This document shows positions 1 through 10,300 of a stretch of DNA of 64,000 bases, piece after piece (position 1 is the first letter of the stretch; each line of letters begins with the position of its first letter). Origin of the DNA: Patescibacteria group bacterium (GTDB taxonomy: Bacteria; Patescibacteriota; Minisyncoccia; Phycocordibacterales; PALSA-1337); NCBI GenBank assembly GCA_018970245.1, contig JAGWWT010000004.1, positions 785 through 64,784 of the forward strand, in the 5' to 3' direction. The notes under the pieces were generated by a model, which was given only the letters and a program-made list of their open reading frames with translations, did no database searches and was not told the DNA's origin. Made by a program: the position numbers and the translations under genes.

Positions 1-1153
1 TGCCAAGTGTCCCGGAGAGCGCGGGTGTCGTGGTAGCCGTAGCGACGGATAAGCCGGAAAGTGACGTGGAAAAACTCGTGACCGTTCCGCCACCAGCAGG
101 CGAAGTATAACCGAAGCCGCCGCCAGCAAGAACACTGAGCGTCTTACCTGTTTGTCCCGTCGAATCCGGGAAAAGGTTTGCCTGCGCTTGCTCTTTCGTT
201 GCGCCGCCCGTACCGCCAAATCCAATTCCAAGTTGGCCACCCGAAATTGAGATTGTTCCAGTCTTTACGATAGGGCCGCCAGAGAAAGTAAGCCCCGAAG
301 TGCCCGGTGATACATTCACGGACGTAACGGTGCCCGATCCGGCGCTTTGCCATAAAAGGTTTGTGCCGTCGTTCGAAAGAACTAACCCGGAATCTCCGCT
401 CGTAACCGAGATAGCGTTCTGCTTGCCGTTGAATGTATTCCAGTCGGTCGAACTGAGGTAGCCACTCTGCGATGTGGTGGCCGCTGGCATTGAGATTGTC
501 GTCCCGCCTACTGTAAGCGGTGCAGTGGCCGAAAGCGTGCTTTGCTTGCTGTTGAATGTCGTCCAATCGGTCGATGAAAGAAAGCCAGATTGCGATCCGG
601 TAGCCTGCGGAATAGCCACGGTATCATACGATGAATCGCTGCCATTCGCCACGCCATTCATCGTAAGCGGCGAAAGGGCGGTAACCGCAATAGTCTTGCC
701 CGTCCCTGGTCCGCTGGTGATAAGCCAGTTAAGGGTATCCTGAAGGCTCTTGATATACTCACCGACCAGTCGCACGCCGATATACGAACCAGTAGCCCAT
801 GTCCGGGCCGCAAGATTGTGCCCCGTGGCTGGGCTGCGCGTGATGAGCGTAAGTGTATCGCCAGATACCGCCGAACATTCGAATTCCTCGATCGGCGTGG
901 TCGCGTTTTCTACCTGCGGAGCGACCGTTACGATAAACGGCTTCGGCGTAACCTTCGCGAACTTTGCCCCATCGCCAGCATGGATAGCGACCTGAAACGG
1001 CGTCGATGGCGTGATCGATTGACTGATCGGTATAGCCGTAACCAGCGTAGAGCTAACCTTCTCCGCGCTATCAATACCCGGAAACGCCTTCTGCGCTCGA
1101 ACCTGCGCAAAAGACGCCACCAGTAAAATTCCGATGAGTACCGCACGTTTCAT
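1..1153 (-). CDS. Tail-fibre-like protein with N-terminal Sec signal peptide; partial, C-terminus beyond left window edge
   Basis: Manual minus-strand translation from the ATG at 1153-1151 (ATGA overlap with the stop of the 1150..1740 gene) gives MKRAVLIGILLVASFAQVRAQ. Tandem repeats SQSG[FY]LSSTDW[TN]TFN[SG]KQ and a Gly-rich stretch follow. The frame stays open to position 1, so it is absent from the ORF track; track ORF 144..566 is the overlapping off-frame TTG-start reading. Confidence 0.45.
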   Translation of the reverse strand, partial: MKRAVLIGILLVASFAQVRAQKAFPGIDSAEKVSSTLVTAIPISQSITPSTPFQVAIHAGDGAKFAKVTPKPFIVTVAPQVENATTPIEEFECSAVSGDTLTLITRSPATGHNLAARTWATGSYIGVRLVGEYIKSLQDTLNWLITSGPGTGKTIAVTALSPLTMNGVANGSDSSYDTVAIPQATGSQSGFLSSTDWTTFNSKQSTLSATAPLTVGGTTISMPAATTSQSGYLSSTDWNTFNGKQNAISVTSGDSGLVLSNDGTNLLWQSAGSGTVTSVNVSPGTSGLTFSGGPIVKTGTISISGGQLGIGFGGTGGATKEQAQANLFPDSTGQTGKTLSVLAGGGFGYTSPAGGGTVTSFSTSLSGLSVATATTTPALSGTLG

Positions 1154-1740
1154 TGTATCTTGATTATCGGATGGATTTCAACTTCGTTCCCTGCGTGCCC
1201 TTTTCCATTATGATGCGGCATGTCGAAAAAGACTACGCCAGTTAGTGTACATGTCACCGGCGATTTAAGCATTCGAATGGATTTGGGATAATAGCCAATG
1301 GCTTTTACCACACACGCTCGACACGCCGCAAACTGCTTCGAGTAGTCTGGGTCGGCGCATTCGGGTTTCGGTATCTCACCGATCATCGTATGCTTGCCAT
1401 CGGATAGCACCAAATGAAAATCGGAATCCGCTTCGACGCCAACGGCCACGATCTTGCATTTCAGAGTTACCGTCAACCGCTCACTTGTTTGCCGAGGAAG
1501 ACTCCGGCTCCAATGCGCCGGTGGTGTAAGACCGATGAGTCCTTCGATGGTCGTGGATTGCGGTGTGCCGGGTTTGAATCCATCCTGAAGCGTTTTAACC
1601 GGCCAGCGTTCGACGCCGCCGCACTTGCTATCTGCGTTCGCCGCATTGATTAACTCGTAGGCGAGAACGATGATCGTAATAACGAGCAGTATAAATGCCC
1701 ATCGGTCGTTCTTCTTCATGCTTTGAATGAATCGTCTCAT
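1150..1740 (-). CDS. Membrane-anchored protein (N-terminal TM helix), possible lysis-associated or spanin-like
   Basis: 196-aa ORF with hydrophobic N-terminal segment WAFILLVITIIVLAY. The ATGA-coupled fibre gene starts at its stop codon and the endolysin gene ends at its start codon. Confidence 0.4.
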   Translation of the reverse strand: MRRFIQSMKKNDRWAFILLVITIIVLAYELINAANADSKCGGVERWPVKTLQDGFKPGTPQSTTIEGLIGLTPPAHWSRSLPRQTSERLTVTLKCKIVAVGVEADSDFHLVLSDGKHTMIGEIPKPECADPDYSKQFAACRACVVKAIGYYPKSIRMLKSPVTCTLTGVVFFDMPHHNGKGHAGNEVEIHPIIKIQ

Positions 1741-2276
1741 GCGAAATTAGCCTTGAGGAATGAATCCATCTTCGATACACGATTGAGCCAGCCAGCCAGG
1801 TCGTTTTTGTACGCTGGCTTCGCGGCCACCACGTCATGATAATGCTCGCGGCGGCCATCGTTAAACTCCAGTGCAAGCGCAAGATCGGGCTTCTTCGAAG
1901 CTGCCGCGCACGTACCGGAACCCAAAACGCCATCATTCTGAACACCCAAAACACGCTGGAGAACTTTTATCTCCGCACCGTCTCCGGCATTTACTCCGGC
2001 ATCGAATAATGCACAGGCTGTTGCCGGGTTCGTCACCGCAAGCAGGTTGATATGCGGAGCCGTCCAATAGGCGGCTTTGTAATACTCGGCGATCTCGTCA
2101 TCGGTAAGCGACATGACGGAAAGCCGAGGTTTTTTATTACTCTGGCACCAAGCATCATACAAATCCTGGCGAATGCCGTGATTCGTAAGACCACCTTGAT
2201 CCACCGTCTTGCCGCCCTCGATGTCGGGCCGCAAGGTGAAGGATAGTGCCAATGTAAATGTATCGTCAGGTGTCAT
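1737..2276 (-). CDS. Endolysin, GH108-family lysozyme with C-terminal peptidoglycan-binding region
   Basis: The motif IEGGKTVDQGGLTNHGI matches the GH108 EGG...D.GG.T..GIT signature. It lies in a lysis cluster with holin-like genes. Confidence 0.7.
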   Translation of the reverse strand: MTPDDTFTLALSFTLRPDIEGGKTVDQGGLTNHGIRQDLYDAWCQSNKKPRLSVMSLTDDEIAEYYKAAYWTAPHINLLAVTNPATACALFDAGVNAGDGAEIKVLQRVLGVQNDGVLGSGTCAAASKKPDLALALEFNDGRREHYHDVVAAKPAYKNDLAGWLNRVSKMDSFLKANFA

Positions 2277-2488
2277 GCTTCTTGGTTCTTGAGAACTACG
2301 TTTCTTTCTCGCGCCATTTCGAATCCATAGTGGTTACTCGATGTCGAGCCGCACGATACCTCGTACATAATGTTGTCGCCCGTGCGAATAGTAATCGCGG
2401 TCACGAGTCGCGCATACTGCTCGATGTCCGTCTTCAAATAAACGGTATCGCCGATGTCGTACTCATTCTCGATTATCATTCCCTTCAT
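2273..2488 (-). CDS. Small hypothetical protein
   Basis: Track ORF 2273..2602. The probable true start is the internal Met (MKGMIIENEYDIG...) at 2488; the upstream track extension is R/S-rich junk. ATGA overlap with the endolysin start. Confidence 0.3.
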   Translation of the reverse strand: MKGMIIENEYDIGDTVYLKTDIEQYARLVTAITIRTGDNIMYEVSCGSTSSNHYGFEMARERNVVLKNQEA

Positions 2489-2492
2489 GGTG

Positions 2493-2663
2493 TCATCCAA
2501 ATGGAGAATTGAATTCGATACGGATATGCGCATCCTCGCCTTTGGGCTTCGCGAGTTTCTCCGCTTCTTGGGCGAACTCCTCGTTAAGCTGATCCGCGAC
2601 ACTCTTTTCGGGAGGTGTTGCGGATTTTTCAGGCTCGAATGGCTTTATTGGTTCGTCAGGCAT
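2493..2663 (-). CDS. Small acidic hypothetical protein
   Basis: C-terminal 56 aa of track ORF 2493..3029 (MPDEPIKPFEPEK...). Its start codon overlaps the stop of the holin-like gene by 1 nt. The N-terminal part of the track ORF overlaps 2663..3049 out of frame and is rejected. Confidence 0.3.
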   Translation of the reverse strand: MPDEPIKPFEPEKSATPPEKSVADQLNEEFAQEAEKLAKPKGEDAHIRIEFNSPFG

Positions 2664-3049
2664 TACTTCGTTGGATATGGGCTTTGCTGACCCAGCTTTG
2701 CGAACATACCCGCGATGACATTCTGCTCGTTCGGGTTGCCGTCGAGCACACCGATAACCACTGGCAGTAACGCGACAACAGCGGCTTGCAGATTGAATGC
2801 GCCAGTAAGTATGACGGGCTGAATCGCGATGCACGCGCCCACCACGAGTCCGCAAACCGTGAGCGCGATATTCTGGCTTGATGCCGGAAGGATCGTCTTC
2901 GCAAAGACATATCCGAGCACGAACGCTGCGGCTACGATAGTCGGCCAGCCGGTCGCCAGCGTGAGGCCATTCGTATTCGCAAAAGTGACGAGCGGAAATA
3001 CCACTGCGGTAACCAGCCCGGTGATCCACGTAAGGGTGTTTTTAGACAT
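2663..3049 (-). CDS. Holin-like membrane protein (about 4 TM helices)
   Basis: 128 aa, almost entirely hydrophobic helices, adjacent to the endolysin. Confidence 0.5.
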   Translation of the reverse strand: MSKNTLTWITGLVTAVVFPLVTFANTNGLTLATGWPTIVAAAFVLGYVFAKTILPASSQNIALTVCGLVVGACIAIQPVILTGAFNLQAAVVALLPVVIGVLDGNPNEQNVIAGMFAKLGQQSPYPTK

Positions 3050-3055
3050 GATATT

Positions 3056-3589
3056 TTATAGATTGATGTGAATGAAACTTAAAACAAGTCCGCTCGGAAT
3101 CAGAGCATACCAAACTTCTTTCTTAGTAAGAACAATACCCACTGAAAGAGCGAGCGAAGCAGCCATAGCACCCCAGCCAATAATACGCCCCGCAATGTGG
3201 CCACTACTAACCTTTGGAGCGCCGATTTCCAGTGAGTCGCGCTCTGCTCGTGGTGCTTTAACTTTTCGGCCATTGGGGAAAATCGCTTGACTAAGGAGTT
3301 CTCTAAGCGACCATCCTGCTCCATCACGAACTCGGCTATCGCCTTCATTTCCCCCGCCCTGCGGCGTTTCATCGCTTTCCAAAGTTCTGGTATAGTCATG
3401 CCGCACGTTCATGCAAATGATTTTCGTATCCTGATACCCGCGAATGCACTCTTCATCCAACGGATCGAAGATAGTTTCGCCAGCCTCGTTTTTAATTTCA
3501 GCTATCATTGTGCTCCGATTGTTTTTGTGCATCCTCAATGTCATCCCGGCGCTCGATACGGCGAATGCGCTGGTCGATCCAATAGTCAT
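3056..3589 (-). CDS. Membrane protein with two C-terminal TM helices (lysis-associated?)
   Basis: Track ORF. The probable start is the internal Met at 3508, which has a GGAG Shine-Dalgarno 5 nt upstream. C-terminus GWGAMAASLALSVGIVL...LIPSGLVLSFI. Confidence 0.35.
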   Translation of the reverse strand: MTIGSTSAFAVSSAGMTLRMHKNNRSTMIAEIKNEAGETIFDPLDEECIRGYQDTKIICMNVRHDYTRTLESDETPQGGGNEGDSRVRDGAGWSLRELLSQAIFPNGRKVKAPRAERDSLEIGAPKVSSGHIAGRIIGWGAMAASLALSVGIVLTKKEVWYALIPSGLVLSFIHINL

Positions 3590-3737
3590 GTACGCTATCC
3601 TGATACTGGCGAACTGCCGCGTTCTTCGCGTGCATGAGCGCCGTTGTACCCCATCCCGCAGCTACTCCGGCAACCGGAGCGGCCACCGCCAAAATCGTAA
3701 GCCACTTAGGAACCACTGACTTTTTACGAGCCGTCAT
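3498..3737 (-). CDS. Small N-terminal TM protein (spanin/holin-like candidate)
   Basis: 79 aa with WLTILAVAAPVAGVAAGW TM segment and a charged C-terminus. Confidence 0.35.
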   Translation of the reverse strand: MTARKKSVVPKWLTILAVAAPVAGVAAGWGTTALMHAKNAAVRQYQDSVHDYWIDQRIRRIERRDDIEDAQKQSEHNDS

Positions 3738-4279
3738 AGATTCCCTCCGTAGAGCTTTCCCTTGATCCCTAAATTCACCTCGATCGGTAGCCTGATCTCA
3801 CCGAACAGCGTAGCATTGAATAGCCCGATACGGTCTAAATTCAAGTCGCCTTCGACAAATGCGCCGTCTTTGCTGGTCAAAAGATTGTAGTTGATCCCAC
3901 CCCAAACCTCGAATAACTGTCGTGGCGTAGGCGGTACAAAAACGCTCATGAGTGCGGCTGGTGACGGAGCGATCGAGTGAATGGGCGAGCCGATCGCTGC
4001 TGCTTTTACCGGCGTTGAAAGTATAATCGTATCATGTATCGAATCGACCAGTACATAAGACCGAAAGATCGTATCGGTCCGGCGAAGAACCTTTTGAAGT
4101 GAATCATACTGCTCCTTCCCATGCACAAAAGCCGTCGAATCGACCATCGCTGGCACATTAATCGTATCTCTTACGGTAAGTGTTTTAGCCGGTGCGCAAT
4201 TCATGCGCGAGCCTAAAAGCACGCCGCAAATGAGCGCGATAGCGAATGTAATGCCTATGGTTTTAATATTCGCTTGCAT
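3734..4279 (-). CDS. Secreted/envelope protein with signal peptide
   Basis: 181 aa with N-terminus MQANIKTIGITFAIALICGVLLG. Immediately preceded on its mRNA by a hairpin plus U-tract. Confidence 0.4.
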   Translation of the reverse strand: MQANIKTIGITFAIALICGVLLGSRMNCAPAKTLTVRDTINVPAMVDSTAFVHGKEQYDSLQKVLRRTDTIFRSYVLVDSIHDTIILSTPVKAAAIGSPIHSIAPSPAALMSVFVPPTPRQLFEVWGGINYNLLTSKDGAFVEGDLNLDRIGLFNATLFGEIRLPIEVNLGIKGKLYGGNL

Positions 4280-4287
4280 AAAACAAA

Positions 4288-4329
4288 AGAGCCACGCATC
4301 GGCCCCATGATTCGGTCGATACGTGGCTC
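4288..4329 (-). terminator. Intrinsic-terminator-like hairpin plus U-tract directly upstream of start codon
   Basis: The minus-strand RNA reads GAGCCACG-N25-CGUGGCUC followed by CUUUUGUUUU, then AUG of 3734..4279. Confidence 0.35.
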
Positions 4330-4394
4330 CCGTGACAGGCTTGCGCCTTACGATTGCAAATTCAAAAACACTTCATTTTCGCGCAAGGGTTCCT

Positions 4395-7300
4395 TTAGAA
4401 CAAGGATGACGGCGCTGGTCTGCGCATAGCACCTGTAATACCGAATTTCGAGCGCCACATGCGCTTTTCGTCGTCCGACATCCGCGAGCGTGAAATATGC
4501 TCGATAACCTTCGCCCGGACCCCGCTGCGCTCGGCTGGCGTAGCCCGCTCCCATGCCTGATAAATCTCGCCCATTTTACCGGATGCCACAGCCTTTTGAA
4601 GCGGTGGCAAATGCTTGCTGGCTATCGATTGAACTTCCCTGCGCGGAATACCCATGCGGTGCGCCGCTTGCTCTGCTGCTTTTTCGCCGCCATTACGATA
4701 TGCCTGCATCAGCTCTGCATGTTGATGGGCTTTTAATTGCTCGATCGGGAATTCAGGGTCTTCCGGTACGGTCTCGCGAAGACTAGGAATGTTCATCTTG
4801 ATGTTTTCAAGAACGCCCTGCGGAGACCGGCGAATAGGTTTGACTGAAGGCCAGAATACACGACCCAGCGATTCGAGCGGCGTTGGGGCTTGGCCATTCT
4901 GGTCCACGTCGGTAGCCATCGCAGCGGTGCGGGAAAGGCCCGGTACGCTGGACGAAATGAGATTCGTCACGTAGGATTGCGCGTGTCCCGGCGTATCCAT
5001 GTTTCTGCCAATAGCATCCAGTAATTCCACCATCGGCACGTTCTCACTGATACCAATAGCTCCAGCGCCAATCGAGCGCATGAGCGGTCCAATACCAAAT
5101 TCATTGCCCTCGTCCGCCTCGCGGTCAAGAGACCGGCGAATTGTCGCGCCCAGTGCCCACGCAAGCGCCTGTGGGGTGTGCATGAGTACGTTCGGAATGC
5201 GCGCTCCCGCAATCCGAAATTCCCCCGGTCCCAAGTCTTCGGGATCGCGCTTTTCGCCGCCTTGGTAAAACCCTCCAGAATACTGCGGATAGAGATAGCC
5301 GAGCGTCAAAAGGGTCGTTCCAATCGAACCCTTCTTGAACATCCGCAAAATATGGTCGGCTACCTCAGGATCGACAGAATAGGTCTCGCCGCCAGCTTTC
5401 ATTGCGCGACGTTCTGACAGCAGCGAACGTGCGCCCTCTCCTAAACCAAGTGGCGTATGGGCTAACCCCTCAACCGCCATATTGGTCGGAATCTTCACGA
5501 CGGGCAGCAAGACGTGCATAAGTCGCGAGAATCCGCGAGCATAGGCAGAAGATGATTTCGACATCTGTGTAGCATAATCGTTCCACCATTTAGTGAATCG
5601 ATTGTCCTGCATAAAAATAGCGCGTTGAGCATCACGGTAGGCGGTCTTTTTGATGAGGTCTATCGTAGCCGGATCGTTCACGTCCATTCCCTGACGCTCG
5701 GCCCATGCGGTACGCTTAACTACCGATCGCTCCCACTCCATGCGCTTAATGGGTGCCTTGAGTCCACCATGGACATATCCCGGATAGTCCGACGGCGTGG
5801 GCTTCTCGATCTCCTTCTTACCCCATAGCTCTTCAAGCTCCGTTTGCTTGAATCCAAACTTCTTAGCCGCATCCTTGATGCCCTGCGGTAATGACTGGAA
5901 TGCACTGGCCTCGGCCTTCAAATTGAGGTAACCTTCGCGCGGCGCGGCTTCCGCGATACGTGGCAGCATCCGCGAGAATACACCGCCAACCGCCTCTTCC
6001 GCTGGCGTTGTTACTGCGCGAGTGGCCGCGGCATTCACCAGCTTTACAAGAATGGCCGGCGAAGAAAGAACAGCAGCCCGCCGCCACCGGGGAAACGTAT
6101 CCCAGATTTTTTGGGATGGAGTCCTCGCATCAAGTTCCGCCTTGCGAATGAACATCCGCTCCTCGCGCTTCCACGCTTCGTAATCCGCACGTTTTTTATC
6201 GGTTGCACGATCAAGCGCCAATGCGGTTTTCTTTGCCTTGTCAATGATCGGCGTGTCGGCTCCAGATGCCGCGTGATATTGCGCGAGCCTGTCCTTGATG
6301 CGCACAATCTGCCGATCCAGCGTTTGGTTGTATTGCTGAACGCGCAGATCCATCGGCGTTTCTTCTTTTGGCTGAAGCCGATTAAGAAGTTCCGACCGCT
6401 CCATGCGCACGCGCTTCAAGTCCGCGATCTCCTCAGTGTCAAGCTGACGCTTCGTTGCTGGGTCACGACCATCTTTGATCTGGCGGTCAATATCCTCGAT
6501 GGAATTTTTGAGTCGCGCTACTTTCTTCTCATAGTCCGTGCGTAGTTTTTCCGGCGATTGCTGCTCATCAATCCTTGCGGACGTGAGTAGTCGGTCAACC
6601 GTTTTGCGTAATTCCCGAACCCGTGGTGTCGAATTATCCCGCTGAAGTCCGGTGCGCGGTGGAAGGATGCCTTTTTCTAAATCCTCTTTTTTATTCGTCA
6701 GTAACGCAAGGGAACGTATCTCCCGCGTGAGCTTCAGATCTTCCGCTTGTGATGGCTTCCGCTGCTTTCCATATTGCGTAAATATATCGCGGACCTCACG
6801 CTCGGTAATACCCGGCGAATCTTTCTGTAAGTCGGCGGTAACCTTCTCCATAATCGGATGAAGGTCGGTCTCACCGTTTTGTACGTATCCGCGCACTAAA
6901 TTAAATACACGGGACTGCGTGACCGGACCACCCTCGTCCTTATTCGACTGCGCGGCAAATCGCATTGCATCTGCATCATGAAGCGACTGCGAACCTTTGA
7001 ATATTTCAGCCAGATGGTCTTTGATCCGATCGCCAAATTCCTTCAGCATGGGCCGCGACCAATCGGCAAACTTCGAAAAGCCTTTTGCCAGATACTCCTG
7101 GCCAATAATCGCAAGGTCAGCAATGTCTGCTGGGTTAACGGGCAGCACGCTGGCATGTAACTGCGACATGCGTTTCGCCATGCGCGCGCGAGCCGCATCT
7201 GCTTTTTGCTTGGCGAATTCTACATAATTTTTACTGCCTGTCGCCGCACGTTTCGCATCGGCTCTGGCATCTTCGATCAAGCTTTGAAGCGCGACATTCG

Positions 7301-10300
7301 CATGGGCATTCGCCGATTCTTCCTGCGCATCATGAAGCTTACCCACAATACCCGGCATCTTAGTGTAGTGGTTTTTGATCCACTCTCGCTGCTCAGGTGT
7401 AACCTCGCGAACGACACGCCGCAACCGATCCTGCGCTTCCGGCTCCTGGAAATAGTCCATATCCAGCTTGCGACTGAATTCGCGAAGTGTACGACCGGCG
7501 GTAGAACGGGCGGACTCTGGCATGTGGAGTACGGCGTTCTGCGCTTCCTCTAATTGACCTTGCCGCTCTTTAAGTATCGCCTGTGCATCAAGCCTATCGG
7601 CATCGGTCTTCGCTTCATCGACATCTTTTATCGCCGAAAGAACTGCCATGTGGCGTGTCGCCATCTCGTTACGCACGAGACCGATTTCCGTAGGATCGAG
7701 AGCGCGAGGTTTATTCGTTATTTCGCGAATAATGTCCGATCCGCGGCGAGGATTGTTTTTCTCGATCTCCGCAACCTTCGCATCGGTCTCTGCATCGGAA
7801 ATCGTTACATGCGCTGGCGCTGGACCAAGCCCGGCTTCCGCTCGCTGCGCCTCGTCGGATGCTCGGTTAATACCGTAGAGATTCGGCTTACCCATATTAT
7901 CCTCACCGCCTGTTGGCGGTTCGGATGTTCCACGTGGAACACCTGTGACTACGGGCTGCTGACCTTCGGTGATGGGTTCGGCTACTTGCTCTTGTCCGCC
8001 GACGACTCCGCTATTGCTTTCGCTATTTGCAGCGCGTGGGCTTTCGACCGGGGTTTCGTTTTGCCGATCTTCCCCGTTTTGTGATACGAGTCCATTATCT
8101 CCTTGATGTTGGTCGATATTGTTTGCTGGCTCGACCCCTTGAGTATTGGCATTTTGGTCTCCTGTGATTGCTTGAATTTCTTCGGATGGTAGCCCTGTTG
8201 CGACCGGGATTTCCGGCGCTTCGTTGGGCGCTGGTCCCTGCTGGCCATTGATACGCCACGCGCCCATTGCGACGGCATCTTTTTGCGCCGCGAATGGTGT
8301 ATCGCGATCCCCGTGTTCCAGCCAGAGACGAAGCGGTAATTGCGTAACCTGGTGCGCTTCCGTGCGCGTAACGGGTTCATCCCCATATAAACTTCTGATC
8401 GTGGAATAACGAGCGAGCGCATCCTGCGCATCCTCTGCCGATGCTACTTTACCGACGACCGCATGGCCTAAGAATTTATTATCCTCGCCATACGCATCGA
8501 CGATATATGCCTTGTTGCCCGCCGAAGCATCACCATTCAGCGCGAGCACCGGGCCGTCGGGTGTATTCACGGTTCCCGCATCCAAGTCCTTCGGCATCGA
8601 AGGCTTGAGTCCGGTTTTCGTTGGCGGAAGCTCGCTTCCGGCTTTCGCGCCAATATCCATCGGGATTCTGCGGGCGATGATACCTTGACCTTCCGCGGGT
8701 TCCGGTGTTTGCGGATGACCCGGAGGGTTGGACATTACATCTGTACCCTTGACAACCTGCGGCTTTTCAATGTGCGGTTCCAGCGCGGGAACTGGCTCTG
8801 GGGTAAATGGCTGTGGCTGGAATGGTTTTGCTGGGTCGGGCTGCGCAACGACACCCGCATCGGGCGTAGCCTCCGACTTGATTTCGACTGGCGTTTCTAC
8901 ATCCGAGCCTTCCGCGAGCGCATGACCGCCGATAGTCATGAGTCCGGATTGTACGGCATCGACAGATGTCGCAAGCGGTTGAATCCTGCGTCCAGATGCA
9001 ACAGTTTGAAGTACATTTTGGCCACCGCCAACGAGCGCACCTCCTGCGAAACGCAGTCCGATCGTTGGAAGCTTCATGGCGTTACCCATGAGTTCGCCAC
9101 CGCCTACGTTTATCGCACCCTGAAGTGGAGTTTCCTGGCCAGTAATAACAGGTGCGGCTTCACCGACCAGTGCCGCACTACCCATCGCGTTTAAGCCCGT
9201 AAGCTCCGGAACGCCCACCGCTTCTGCGGTTGCAAGCTTTGTAGCAAAATTAGCGAGACCCTGACCCGCGGATCCAACGAATCGACCGACGCCCGTTCGC
9301 GGACCCATGCCATTATCCGCCATCTCCTGATCGGCGGCTGGCCCTTCGATATTCTCTGCAATATTTACATTCGCCGCATCTTTATTCAGGCTTTGGCGAA
9401 GAAAGTCCAACTTGCGTGCGTCGTCTTTATTCGCCGGGTCAAGGCTTGCGGCGAGCCGCTGGTCATCAGTGCGCCCCGGAATAGGTGCCGATGCAATACC
9501 GAGCGCCTTGAGTCTCGCCTGCGTTTCTGGGGCAAGGTTATCCTCATATCCCAGCATTTGTCCGACCGCCTGCGGAACACCGCTCAGAACCTGAGTAACG
9601 ACACGCCCCGCTTCATCCACGAGTCCAACTGGTTTCGCGGGCTGAACTGTGGGTGACGTATAATTCTGGTCGTTCATTACCGCGCCGATCGCACCGCCTT
9701 CATCCGGTGCCCGGAACGGTGTTCTCGGTACGGCTGGCTGACCTACGACACCGTCACCAGATGGTGATGAAATTTGGTTCGGCTGGATCGGATTATTCCA
9801 TACGGACTGCGGGACCGGAACACCCTGTGCATTATCCACGAGCGGCGGTACGGGAACGGACGTTCCGAGATCGGGCCGTTGCTGTGGTTGGTACACCGCT
9901 TGCCTTTGCTGCGCCTCAGCCACCATATCCTGATACGTCTTGCTACCAGTATTCCGAACTGGCTGCGGAGTGCTTTCGGTCTGTGAAACCTGAACGACCT
10001 GCGGCTGCGATATAGCACGCATAGCTTTTGCCCGTTGAACATCGGGCGGATCGCTTGGCTCGATCTGATTATCGTTGCCCGACAGATCGTTTACTGCGGC
10101 TAACGCACCCGCCTGCTCGCTATCCATCAGCCTTCGAACATTCATCGCGTACATCATAGGCGATTCGCCTACGACCCGACCATTGTGCATGGCAGGAGAA
10201 GTTAACCTGCCGCCATTATTACCGTAATGATCGATGGCCGCAAGGGTCACCGCCTGCTGATTATCGCCTACGCGCCGAATGTTCCGTTCGAGATTTTGCC

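Noticed and set aside
144-566. Track ORF (140 aa, TTG start, minus strand)
   Set aside because: It lies inside the longer open frame that starts at 1153 with a signal peptide and fibre repeats and runs off the window edge. This ORF is the overlapping off-frame reading (sequence MDDIQQQAKHAFGHCTAYSRRDD is junk-like).
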